A DNA stretch of 35,280 nt, from positions 1 through 35,280 of the forward strand of contig JABCSY010000038.1 of assembly GCA_018238625.1 (NCBI GenBank). The letters are read 5' to 3'. Position numbers and translations under genes: made by a program. Shown piece after piece: positions 18,360-27,607 of this stretch. A model generated the notes under the pieces. It was not told where the DNA came from and searched no databases. It saw only the letters and a program-made list of their open reading frames with translations. The DNA is from Promethearchaeota archaeon (lineage in GTDB: Archaea; Asgardarchaeota; Lokiarchaeia; Sigyniarchaeales; SOKP01). Each line of letters starts with the position of its first letter. Position 1 is the first letter of the stretch.

Positions 18360-19055
18360 TTAAATAAAGGTTATATCTTGATAATCGCTCTGACCTAATT
18401 CCTTTTTTGCAACACCAAGCTCCCGTACTTGTACATTTAACAACTTTACAGCCTCTCTAACAATTGATCTTTTTTTTGCTCCGGTACAAACAATCCTTCC
18501 AGTGCTGAATATTAAAAACACGGTTTTTGGGTCTGGCATTCGGTAGATTAATCCCGGGAAAACTTCTGGCTCGTACATAGCGAATTCCATTACAATAGCG
18601 GCCATATTTAAATCTATATTAGTGTGCAAATCTCCACTAGCTACTATATTTTGAATGGTAATTTCAGGATTTGATACTTTTATTCCTGCTTTTCTTATAT
18701 TCTTTAACACCTTCTCCACAACCCTATCAGCTTCCGAAGCTTTACGCATTCCGGTAACTACCATCTTTCCAGTCGAGAAAATTAATATTGTTGCTTTCGG
18801 TTTTAGAATTCTCATAACTAGCCCTGGAAATCTTTCAGGATTATATTCAACATCAGCATGTTTGCGAGCGATTATATTTAAATCGATTTTTTCTGTGATC
18901 TCGACAACCACAGTTGCAACTACATTCTCAATCTTATAATCTATTCCTTCGGCCTTATCAGCCTCATCGTCGAATTCGTCATCGTCTTCTACTTCCACTA
19001 CTTCCTCTTCCACTACTTCCTCTTCTTCCTCTACTTTTTTTACTTCTTTTACCAT
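18360..19055 (-). CDS. tbp: TATA-box binding protein with acidic N-terminal extension
   Basis: Two TBP repeats: IENVVAT...YNPERFPGLV...LIFSTGKMVVTG and IQNIVAS...YEPEVFPGLIYR...LIFSTGRIVCTGAK. Confidence 0.97.
   Translation of the reverse strand: MVKEVKKVEEEEEVVEEEVVEVEDDDEFDDEADKAEGIDYKIENVVATVVVEITEKIDLNIIARKHADVEYNPERFPGLVMRILKPKATILIFSTGKMVVTGMRKASEADRVVEKVLKNIRKAGIKVSNPEITIQNIVASGDLHTNIDLNMAAIVMEFAMYEPEVFPGLIYRMPDPKTVFLIFSTGRIVCTGAKKRSIVREAVKLLNVQVRELGVAKKELGQSDYQDITFI
18992..19021. repeat. 15-bp tandem duplication (CTTCCACTACTTCCT x2) in the acidic tail of tbp
   Basis: Exact direct repeat at 18992-19006 and 19007-19021. Confidence 0.85.
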
Positions 19056-19128
19056 CTTACATCAATATTGATAAATATGATTTGAATTAATTTAAGAAAA
19101 ATTATATTCTTTTAAAAAGGGGTATTTC

Positions 19129-19165
19129 TTTATAAATGATTTTATGTTTATAAAGTCTTTATAAA
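19129..19165 (-). promoter_or_regulatory. Three TTTATAAA TATA-box-like elements upstream of tbp
   Basis: TTTATAAA at 19129-19136, 19147-19154 and 19158-19165; the proximal box has an A-rich BRE-like upstream sequence on the minus strand. Confidence 0.55.
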
Positions 19166-19168
19166 TAA

Positions 19169-19196
19169 GAAAAAATTTCGATATAAAATATATCGA
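19169..19196 (-). terminator. Possible terminator of the Rab gene (8-bp hairpin plus T-run)
   Basis: TCGATATA-aaa-TATATCGA at 19178-19196, 16 nt after the Rab stop, followed on the minus strand by TTTTTT. Confidence 0.35.
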
Positions 19197-19212
19197 GATT
19201 AAATCTACATCT

Positions 19213-19749
19213 CTATTTATCTAAATTTTTATCCAAAATTTTCTTTGTGATTTCTATAAAAGCGTCTTCTACGTTAGATCCGGTTTTAGCAGAAGTGGAC
19301 ACAAATTCCATGTTAAAACTCTTTGCAAATTCGCTTGCTTCGCTCTCAGTAATTTTGATTTTATCGGTTAAATCGTTTTTATTTCCAATTAGAACTAAAG
19401 GCTCGTCTCCTCTGGCGTCTTTAAAGTCTTGAATCCAATCATGAAGTTTTTCATATGTATTTCTTTTAGTACAATCGTATATAATTAAAGCACCATTTGC
19501 GCCTTCTAAATACAACCTCCGGAGGCTCCTAAAGCTTTCTTGACCGCCAAGATCCCATATCTGAGCAGAAACATCGCCATACCCTTTAAGATCCATATCT
19601 TTCTTTAATAAATTTACCCCAAGCGTTGATTTGTAATTATCTTTAAATTTATTTTCGATAAATCTATAAACCAATGAGGTCTTACCGACATTTGCTTCCC
19701 CCAGTAAGCAAATCTTTATAATATAGTTTGGTTCAGTTTCAGTGGTCAT
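19213..19749 (-). CDS. Rab-like small GTPase
   Basis: GEANVGKT, TLGVN, WDLGGQ, GNKND, SAK. Confidence 0.95.
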   Translation of the reverse strand: MTTETEPNYIIKICLLGEANVGKTSLVYRFIENKFKDNYKSTLGVNLLKKDMDLKGYGDVSAQIWDLGGQESFRSLRRLYLEGANGALIIYDCTKRNTYEKLHDWIQDFKDARGDEPLVLIGNKNDLTDKIKITESEASEFAKSFNMEFVSTSAKTGSNVEDAFIEITKKILDKNLDK

Positions 19750-19877
19750 AATTGTTCACATAAATTATTGACTTTATTTACTTTCATAATAATGCTTATC
19801 CTTATTAATAATTTTCACCTAAATATTTAGAATTATTTAATTGTGGCGTAATGAGATTTCATCTCACTTAACGGGAT

Positions 19878-20231
19878 TTAAGATAAATTAGTCTGAGTGT
19901 CAACTTTTTTCGAGATAGCAGCAATACAGCTAAAATATTCCCCATATAAGTTGTTTACTAGATTATTTCTCCTAGCTTTATGATAGGCAAAGAGAAATAA
20001 CTGATTCAAGGATACATCGTGATTGCTTTTGTATATATCTCTTTTTAAATCGAATAAATCACTATTTTGATCAATGAAATTACATAGAATGTATCTATTT
20101 TCATTACGCAATTCCAATTCATTTAATAAACCGTACATCCTTAAAATTATTGGTCCTTGATATTTGATTTTGTTGTGGTTGATAGATTGAAAGAATTGAA
20201 GGAACTTATTCCTCTTTAATAATATCGACAT
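19878..20231 (-). CDS. Hypothetical protein
   Basis: 117-aa ATG ORF filling the gap, co-oriented with its neighbours; no motif recognised. Confidence 0.65.
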   Translation of the reverse strand: MSILLKRNKFLQFFQSINHNKIKYQGPIILRMYGLLNELELRNENRYILCNFIDQNSDLFDLKRDIYKSNHDVSLNQLFLFAYHKARRNNLVNNLYGEYFSCIAAISKKVDTQTNLS

Positions 20232-20337
20232 GAGTAATAATATCGAAATATTATTTATTTTCTTTAATAATATCTACGTAATACATTCATTGGAAATAAA
20301 AGTAGAAAGATGTAAAATTATTTGAGAAAAATATTCA

Positions 20338-20610
20338 TTAAACAAAGTAATCGAAGCCCTTATATTTATTTTGAGCTTCTTTAAATTCATAATTTATTTT
20401 TTCAACTTTAGCATATTTCGGACCTTTTTTTGCGAACTCAAGTAATTCCTTTAAGTCGCTTTCACTTCCTTCAGCTTCGATATAGACGCTTCCATCAGGT
20501 AGATTTTTAACAAATCCAGTTAAACCTATTTTGCGTGCCACTTTACGCGTGGTATAGCGAAAGAATACGCCCTGAACGCTTCCATATACTTTGATTATAA
20601 TTCTTTTCAT
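20338..20610 (-). CDS. acyP: Acylphosphatase
   Basis: GSVQGVFFR, GFVKNLPDGSV, GP..AKV; likely start MKRII at 20610. Confidence 0.95.
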   Translation of the reverse strand: MKRIIIKVYGSVQGVFFRYTTRKVARKIGLTGFVKNLPDGSVYIEAEGSESDLKELLEFAKKGPKYAKVEKINYEFKEAQNKYKGFDYFV

Positions 20611-20635
20611 AAAAAGAAGATCCACTTACTACAAT

Positions 20636-21769
20636 TTATTTCTTAACTAAGTTCTGCATTGATTTAATACTATGATCTAGGTCCTCTTTAGTCGTTTTTG
20701 GGTGAATATCTAAAGCAAAAATCTCTTTGGTAACTTTTTCAACTATAGGTAATTCTATTTTATTATAATCTATTTCTTTTCCATAAAAAGGACACGACCA
20801 GGGACATCCTTTTGGATAAGCAATTTTTTCCTTGAATAATTTAGTTTCGTATAAGGGTTTTGGGTAAAGAACTTTACTCTTAGGAAATTTGTTTAAAAAT
20901 TCAGCTTTATTCAAACCGAGTTTATTTGGATGAAAACGTCCTATCCAATAATTAAATGCAGGCTCACAATAATCAGGGATATAAGGTGAATCAATTCCGT
21001 CTATTTTGTTTACTGCTTCTGTTAAGTACATAGCATTTTTATTTCTGATTTTTATAAATTCGTCGATTTTCTTTAATTGAACCCTTCCTATTGCGGCTTG
21101 TATTTCAGTCATCCTATAATTATACCCTAAACGATTGTAGACATACCACTCTGGTTCACCGTGGTGTCTAAGTAAACGGCATTGTTCAGCTAGCTCGTCG
21201 CTATTTGTTGTTATCATACCACCTTCTCCAGTAGTCATGTTTTTTGAAGGGTAAAAACTAAAAGTGTTAATATCTCCAAGAGAACCAACTTTCTTACCCA
21301 TATACTTTGTTCCGTGCGATTGGCAAGCGTCTTCAATTATATATAAATTAAAATCGTTTGCAAGGTCTTTAAGGGCACCCATATCGGCTGAAATACCTGC
21401 TAAATGAACTGGAATAATTGCCTTAGTTTTATCCGTAATATGTTTTTTCACGGATTCGGGATCGATCGTATAGGATTTATTATCAATATCTGCAAATATC
21501 GGTATTGCATTATTGTGTAATATTGAACTTGCGGTTGCTATAAATGTAAATGGAGGTATAATAACCTCATCTCCGGGCCCTATATCCAAAGCAGCTATAG
21601 ACATATGTAACGCAGCAGTTCCGGTATTAACACCAATAGCGTGTTTTACGCCGATGTAACGAGCGAATTCTTCCTCAAATTTCTTTACATATTCGCCGTG
21701 TAAAAGGGTCAACATTTGAGATTTCATTACTTTTAGGACTTCGTTTTGTTCCTCATCTGAAAGATTCAT
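20636..21769 (-). CDS. DegT/DnrJ/EryC1/StrS family PLP aminotransferase
   Basis: IEDACQSHG, SFYPSKNMTTGEGG, GYNYRMTEIQAAIG. Confidence 0.93.
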   Translation of the reverse strand: MNLSDEEQNEVLKVMKSQMLTLLHGEYVKKFEEEFARYIGVKHAIGVNTGTAALHMSIAALDIGPGDEVIIPPFTFIATASSILHNNAIPIFADIDNKSYTIDPESVKKHITDKTKAIIPVHLAGISADMGALKDLANDFNLYIIEDACQSHGTKYMGKKVGSLGDINTFSFYPSKNMTTGEGGMITTNSDELAEQCRLLRHHGEPEWYVYNRLGYNYRMTEIQAAIGRVQLKKIDEFIKIRNKNAMYLTEAVNKIDGIDSPYIPDYCEPAFNYWIGRFHPNKLGLNKAEFLNKFPKSKVLYPKPLYETKLFKEKIAYPKGCPWSCPFYGKEIDYNKIELPIVEKVTKEIFALDIHPKTTKEDLDHSIKSMQNLVKK

Positions 21770-21874
21770 GGTTTACTCAATTATTTTTAAAAGATTAAAA
21801 TTTTAAATTTATAATAATTAGAGTAAGAACTTTTTTAATAAAGTATTTTATTATTAGAGAATGTTTAGAAATAT

Positions 21875-22510
21875 TCAAATAATAAGATAATAGGTATCTT
21901 TTTCGCTATCATACTTGATTATTTTATTTCTAGAAAGAGTGTCAAGAACGCTATCCAACCATCTTTTACTCGTATTAATAGATTTTTTAATTTCCTCATA
22001 TTTCATTTCATCGTTAATAACTAATAAAAACTGTATTTTACTCTTTACTTTTAGATTGTCTGATTTTAAAATCAATGCAAATTTCTTTGTTAGATCATAT
22101 TCTAAAGTTTTCAATTGAGCTACTTCATTGCTTAATTTCGATATTACTTCGTCTCTCGTTCTAAAAACTTTTAGGGAAAGATTATATATTCTTTCTATAT
22201 GTTCTTTGAGTCGATCTTCGTTTAACTCTAACTCTAGCTCTTTTTTGAACTCATCTAAAATAACGGTATAATCTGAACTGTCGTCGTATTTATCTAAAAC
22301 TAATACGATAATGATTTCTTTGTTTTCGTTATAATACGAAATTGAATTCCAATTCTTTTCTTCAATAGTAATGTACGATTCAACGAAATTGTGTGAGATT
22401 TGGATCTGTTGCACGACATTATCAGGAATGACTATATCATTGGGAAATTTCATGTATATATTTCCGCCAAGAATCTCATCCCACTTAATCAAGCAAATAC
22501 CTAGAGGAAT
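21875..22510 (-). CDS. Hypothetical protein: longin/uDENN-like N-terminus, coiled coil and C-terminal wHTH
   Basis: ORF track starts at TTG 22492, but the frame continues upstream through ATT-CCT at 22510 (IPLGICLIKWDEILGG) with AGGTG 7 nt upstream; C-terminal MKYEEIKK...LDSVLDTL...IIKYDSEKDTYYL is wHTH-like. Confidence 0.6.
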   Translation of the reverse strand: MPLGICLIKWDEILGGNIYMKFPNDIVIPDNVVQQIQISHNFVESYITIEEKNWNSISYYNENKEIIIVLVLDKYDDSSDYTVILDEFKKELELELNEDRLKEHIERIYNLSLKVFRTRDEVISKLSNEVAQLKTLEYDLTKKFALILKSDNLKVKSKIQFLLVINDEMKYEEIKKSINTSKRWLDSVLDTLSRNKIIKYDSEKDTYYLII

Positions 22511-22714
22511 AGCATCACACCTAAAAAATCAAAAGCTTCCTTTAAAAATTATAAAAGTTTTTACTAATAAATTTAATTTTTAATTTTTAATTAAAAAAAT
22601 ATAATATGTATATATACTAAATTGCGCACTTTCTTTTAACAACATTGAAAGACTAATTATCCGCCTAAAAAAATAAATAGAAAAAAAGGCATTATATAAA
22701 TAGTGAATCTGACA

Positions 22715-23002
22715 ATGTCTGACATTTATTTCGTTTATATCTTAGAAACAATTGCGAAAAATAACAAAAAAAGATTCTATACGGGTTATACTAATAATCT
22801 TAACAGAAGATTACAAGAACATAAAAAGGGAACTGGGGCTAAGTTTTGTCGAGGGAAAAAGAAAATTCAATTAAAATATTTCGAATCTTTTATGGAAAGG
22901 GGCGATGCAATGAGGCGAGAACTCGAAATTAAAACTTTTACTAGGAAACAAAAAATAGAATTAATAAAAACCTTTGATGAAGCTGAAGAAGTAAGTGATT
23001 GA
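22715..23002 (+). CDS. GIY-YIG nuclease family protein (UPF0213/YhbQ-like)
   Basis: YFVYIL...FYTGYTNNLNRRLQEHKKGTGAKF, AMRRE..IK. Confidence 0.92.
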   Translation: MSDIYFVYILETIAKNNKKRFYTGYTNNLNRRLQEHKKGTGAKFCRGKKKIQLKYFESFMERGDAMRRELEIKTFTRKQKIELIKTFDEAEEVSD

Positions 23003-23795
23003 TCAAAACTTTCTAATAGTTTTAGTTGGATTACCAGCTTCAGGTAAAACTACATTTGCAATCTTGCTAAAAGAAACTATAGAACAAATAACTCCATATA
23101 AGGTTGAAATAATAGACCCTGACAAAATTAGGAATATTCATTTTCCAAATAAATTTAATTCCAAAAATGAACGTTTTGTAAGAAAAACTAATTTAGAGAA
23201 AGTAAAATCTGCTTTAAAAAATAATTTTATCGTTATTAGCGACGATTTGAATTATTATACAAGCATGAGACATGATTTAAAAGAAATCGCTGAGAGTTTA
23301 AATAAATCCTTCTTTTTTATTTATATAACAACACCCTTCGAAGTATGTGTTAAATGGAACGAAAAAAGGGGCTATACGATTCCAAACCAAGTAATTTCTA
23401 ATGTGAACGTAAAATTTGATCCTTTTCATAGTTATAATTGGGATAAACCACTAAAAAGCTATGATTTATCGAGAACTGAGAATCTAAAAATAGAAATAAC
23501 GAACTTAGTTAAAATATTTAATACTAGATTAAAATTAGCGAGAATAAGCGACACAACAAGGAGAATCGAAGATCAAACCATTGATCAATATCACAAAGTA
23601 TTAGATAAACAAACTCGACTTATTGTTGGAGAGCTATTAAAGAATCCAGAATTGCAAATCTATAAAAATAGAATATTAAAATTAAGAAAATTATTTATCA
23701 AAAAATCTTTAGATTTATCTCTTAAAGACTCAAAGATTTCAAAGGAATACATATCATTTCTAGAAAAGAACTTAAACTTAGAAATTTCCTATTGA
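22995..23795 (+). CDS. pstK: O-phosphoseryl-tRNA(Sec) kinase / Kti12-like P-loop kinase
   Basis: GLPASGKT, DPDKIR, DDLNYYTSMR, WNEKRG..IP, WDKP; helical C-terminal domain (LDKQTRLIVG). Confidence 0.75.
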   Translation: MIDQNFLIVLVGLPASGKTTFAILLKETIEQITPYKVEIIDPDKIRNIHFPNKFNSKNERFVRKTNLEKVKSALKNNFIVISDDLNYYTSMRHDLKEIAESLNKSFFFIYITTPFEVCVKWNEKRGYTIPNQVISNVNVKFDPFHSYNWDKPLKSYDLSRTENLKIEITNLVKIFNTRLKLARISDTTRRIEDQTIDQYHKVLDKQTRLIVGELLKNPELQIYKNRILKLRKLFIKKSLDLSLKDSKISKEYISFLEKNLNLEISY

Positions 23796-23909
23796 ATTTG
23801 TAAATTCTTACAGTTATAAAAAAAAATAGAAAAAAACATAAATTGCCATTTCTTTTATAAATTTGAAATTGTATTTTTTAATATTACAAATAATTAGTCG
23901 ATTTTCATC

Positions 23910-26183
23910 ATGTCTTCAATAAAAGATATTAAAGTAAGAATAGAAGAGCTAGAAAAATCTCGTAGTGGCCGTTCATTATGTTATCTTGACCAAGAAATCG
24001 TTGAAAATATGGGTTTAAGCACGGGAAGCATAATTGAATTAAGGGGGAAAAAGAAAACTACAGGTATAGTCGTAGCTAGCATTGCTGATAAAGGAAGGGG
24101 GACGATAAGATTAGATGGACTCCAACGACTTAATGTTGGGGCAACGATTGGTGAATTTATTTCAATTAAACTTGCGAAAATTTTTCCTGCCGAAGAAATT
24201 GTACTAACACCAACTAAAGCCAATATTGATTTAAAAAAACAATCCGAATCCATTTTAGCAAAACTAATTGATAAACCCGTTGTTTCGGGAGATATTGTCG
24301 AGGTTTTAGGAGCTGTTTATCAAAAGACAGATTCAGACAATCCAATGAATCAAATGATGAATATGTTCATGAAAAGCCATAAGAAGAGACCAACTTTAGG
24401 GTTATTAAGATTAGTCGTTGAAAATACACTACCTGCTAACAAAATTGTAAAAATTACTCGTGATACGAGAATTAAAGTCAATAAACGAGTTGCTTTACTG
24501 AACATATCTGGAGGAATTGTTACTTATGACGATGTAGGTGGTTTAACTGACGAAATCCAGAGAATTCGAGAAATGGTAGAATTACCCCTAAAACACCCAG
24601 AACTCTTTCACAGGTTAAATATTGAGCCACCAAAAGGCGTACTTTTCTATGGGCCTTCAGGTACGGGGAAAACATTAATGGCAAAAGCTGTATCTCAAGA
24701 ATCAAACGCTTATTTTATTTCTATAAATGGTCCAGAAATTATGAGCAAATTTTATGGAGCAAGCGAAGGGAGGCTTCGGGAGTTATTCGATGATGCGGAA
24801 AAAAATGCACCTTCTATAATATTTATTGATGAAATTGATTCTATCGCCCCTAAAAGAAGCGATACATCCGGAGAAGTAGAAAGACGAGTTGTATCTCAGT
24901 TGCTTTCTTTGATGGATGGGATACAAAGCAGGGGTCATATAATCGTTGTAGGTGCTACAAATAGAATTAATTCCTTAGACGAAGCTTTACGAAGACCAGG
25001 AAGATTTGATCGTGAAATAGAATTTGGAGTTCCTACGGTGAAAGGACGAAAAGAAATATTACAAATTCATACAAGGGGAATGCCACTTGAGGAAGATATA
25101 GACATTAATCTATATTCGGAGATAACTTATGGATTTGTAGGAGCCGATATTATGGCAGTGTGTAGAGAAGCAGCGTTGTTTGCGTTAAGAAGAATATTGC
25201 CTAAAATTAATTTAGATGAGCCTATACCCATTGATATAATTCAGGACTTAAGGATTTCCGATAAAGATTTTATTCAGGCAATTAATATGGTTGAACCTTC
25301 AGCGATGCGAGAAATAATGATAGATATTCCAGATATTAATTGGGAAGATGTTGGAGGCTTAGAAGATATAAAATCAGAGTTGCGAGAAGCTGTTGAGTGG
25401 CCTCTTAAGTACCCTAAACTTTTTGAGAAAGCAGGAATTCGTCCATTAAATGGGATTTTACTTTTTGGTCCCCCTGGATGTGGAAAAACCCTTTTGGCTA
25501 AAGCTATAGCAAATGAAAGTCGCTCCAATTTTATTACTGTGAAAGGTCCCGAAATTTTTTCAAAATGGGTTGGAGAAAGTGAAAAAACTGTGAGAGAAAT
25601 ATTTAGAAAAGCGCGTCAAGCTTCTCCTTCGATCATTTATTTTGACGAAATCGATGCAATAACAGCAGCTAGAATTTCTTATGAAGGATCGGGATCGGGA
25701 GTAACTTCTTCAGTTGTAAATCAAATTCTTGTAGAAATGGACGGATTAGAGAACAGAAAAGGAGTTGTAGTAATTGCCAGTACAAATCGTCCAGATTTAG
25801 TAGATTCTGCTCTATTAAGGCCTGGTCGCTTTGATAGATTATTATATATAACGGCTCCTGATTTAGAATCACGCATAAAGATACTTGAAGTCCATACAAG
25901 CGAAATGCCCTTAGCCAACGATGTTTCGTTGAAACTTGTTGCCCAAATTACTGAAGGATATAGCGGTGCTGACTTAGAAAATGTTTGTAGAGAAGCGGGA
26001 ATGCAAGCAATAAGAGAAAAAATGGAAGATATAGATAAAATTGAATACAAACATTTTGAATTAGCTCTTTCTAAAATCACATCTACCTTACCAACTGAGG
26101 TTATAGAGAAGTATGAAGATATGGCAAAAGTAATTACAGCTTCTAGAAACATCAAAGAATCTTCAGCGGACTTATACAAGTAA
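23910..26183 (+). CDS. cdc48: CDC48/VCP/VAT AAA+ ATPase
   Basis: N-domain plus two AAA modules ([20 protein letters not shown] and [19 protein letters not shown]); C-terminal LYK. Confidence 0.97.
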   Translation: MSSIKDIKVRIEELEKSRSGRSLCYLDQEIVENMGLSTGSIIELRGKKKTTGIVVASIADKGRGTIRLDGLQRLNVGATIGEFISIKLAKIFPAEEIVLTPTKANIDLKKQSESILAKLIDKPVVSGDIVEVLGAVYQKTDSDNPMNQMMNMFMKSHKKRPTLGLLRLVVENTLPANKIVKITRDTRIKVNKRVALLNISGGIVTYDDVGGLTDEIQRIREMVELPLKHPELFHRLNIEPPKGVLFYGPSGTGKTLMAKAVSQESNAYFISINGPEIMSKFYGASEGRLRELFDDAEKNAPSIIFIDEIDSIAPKRSDTSGEVERRVVSQLLSLMDGIQSRGHIIVVGATNRINSLDEALRRPGRFDREIEFGVPTVKGRKEILQIHTRGMPLEEDIDINLYSEITYGFVGADIMAVCREAALFALRRILPKINLDEPIPIDIIQDLRISDKDFIQAINMVEPSAMREIMIDIPDINWEDVGGLEDIKSELREAVEWPLKYPKLFEKAGIRPLNGILLFGPPGCGKTLLAKAIANESRSNFITVKGPEIFSKWVGESEKTVREIFRKARQASPSIIYFDEIDAITAARISYEGSGSGVTSSVVNQILVEMDGLENRKGVVVIASTNRPDLVDSALLRPGRFDRLLYITAPDLESRIKILEVHTSEMPLANDVSLKLVAQITEGYSGADLENVCREAGMQAIREKMEDIDKIEYKHFELALSKITSTLPTEVIEKYEDMAKVITASRNIKESSADLYK

Positions 26184-26208
26184 AAATCTATTTTTATTAC
26201 ATTTTTAA

Positions 26209-26227
26209 CTTCAAATTGAATTTGAAG
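26209..26227. repeat. Perfect 9-bp inverted repeat with 1-nt spacer (CTTCAAATT-G-AATTTGAAG)
   Basis: Directly visible in the cdc48-M24 intergenic region. Confidence 0.8.
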
Positions 26228-26360
26228 AATACTTTAAGATTGCGGCACCTAAGAGAAATCTTTTTTATAGTAACAACTGAAGCTAAATTGAAGCAATATT
26301 AAACATTTAAATAAGTCGTAAAATAGATTAGATTAGAAACAAATTTTGATGATTTGGTAT

Positions 26361-27563
26361 ATGAGTGAAATTAAAATTAATTGGGAAGGTCACATTAGAA
26401 AATATCAAGCGGCGATGGAAGAACTTAACTTAGATTTCTGCGTTCTTACTCGGGTAAAATCAATAACATATTTAACAGGTTGTTTTGTCCCGTGGAAAAG
26501 CGCAATCTTTTTACCGAGAGAAGGCGAAGGTGAACCCTCTTTATTTACTGTGCTTCTAGATGTCGAGCGGGTAAAAGCCGAAGGTCATTTGAAAAATGTG
26601 AGCGGGTGGGGTCCAATGAAAGGGTTTTTCTGGGAAAAGAAAATTCAGGCCGCAGCTAAAAAAGCGGGAGCATACAAACCAAAAGGGTCTTCTCCTCGAA
26701 TTGGAGTTGAGCTCGGATTAGATATTTGTATAACCGGTCAAATGTTATCGTACACAGAAGCAGAATTGCTTAAAAAAGCATTTCCAGGTTGTGAATTAGT
26801 CGATTTTAATGAAAAAACAGAACGAATACAATTTATAAAAGAACCTGAAGAGATCGCTATGCTGCGTAAAGCAAGCGAAATCACTGATGTTGGTCAGGAA
26901 GTAGTTAAAAAGACTTTGAGCGAGCGACCTAAAGGGAAAGTTTTTACCGAGAATGAAATAGCCGGTATTGGAACGCTTGCAATGAGAAAAGCAGGAAGTA
27001 ATTACGAATGGACCTTTACTGGAAATGAAGAAATAGGGTCTGGTTACCGCGCAAGCTGGACTTTTAACGGATGTACGCCTGCTACTAATAAAAAAGTGAA
27101 AGAAGGAGAGTCTTTGCTTGTAGATTTACACAGCGAATATGGTTGTTATCTTGGAGATTTAAGCCATAACTATGTCCTTGGAAGTTGTCCAGCTGAATTG
27201 AAAAAATTTAACGATGTATTCGAGCAACTATGTTACGCTCTTATTGATAACATGTACCCTGGAAATACATTTGAAGAATGTTATCAAGCGGTTAGAAAGG
27301 TAGCTGATAAAGAAGGTTATGCGAATGACTTATTCTTCGGACTCGGTCACGGAATTGGCCTCATAGGAAATGAATCGTGGCCATTAGTCCTACCTGGCAA
27401 AGAATGGGGCCCTATGGTCTTTGAAGAAAATATGGTCGAAATTGCTGCGGTTGTATTCAATCGTCCTGGACTTGGTGGGCTAAGGTTAGAATCTCCAACA
27501 TTAGTTACAAAAAAAGGAGCAGAAGTACTCCCAAAAACTCCATTTGAAGTGGACTATGTTTAA
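26361..27563 (+). CDS. M24 (Xaa-Pro peptidase/creatinase) family protein with degenerate metal site
   Basis: Creatinase-like N domain, IKEPEEIAMLRKA, VDL....YLGDLS, GHGIG, GLRLE; likely ATG at 26361. Confidence 0.85.
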   Translation: MSEIKINWEGHIRKYQAAMEELNLDFCVLTRVKSITYLTGCFVPWKSAIFLPREGEGEPSLFTVLLDVERVKAEGHLKNVSGWGPMKGFFWEKKIQAAAKKAGAYKPKGSSPRIGVELGLDICITGQMLSYTEAELLKKAFPGCELVDFNEKTERIQFIKEPEEIAMLRKASEITDVGQEVVKKTLSERPKGKVFTENEIAGIGTLAMRKAGSNYEWTFTGNEEIGSGYRASWTFNGCTPATNKKVKEGESLLVDLHSEYGCYLGDLSHNYVLGSCPAELKKFNDVFEQLCYALIDNMYPGNTFEECYQAVRKVADKEGYANDLFFGLGHGIGLIGNESWPLVLPGKEWGPMVFEENMVEIAAVVFNRPGLGGLRLESPTLVTKKGAEVLPKTPFEVDYV

Positions 27564-27607
27564 TTTTATCCTTTTTTTTTATTAATTTATGATAAGAAAA
27601 TAGAAAC

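Noticed and set aside
22715-23002. GIY-YIG ORF as a homing endonuclease or intron marker
   Set aside because: Only about 95 aa, UPF0213-like, with no DNA-binding extension and no interrupted host gene.
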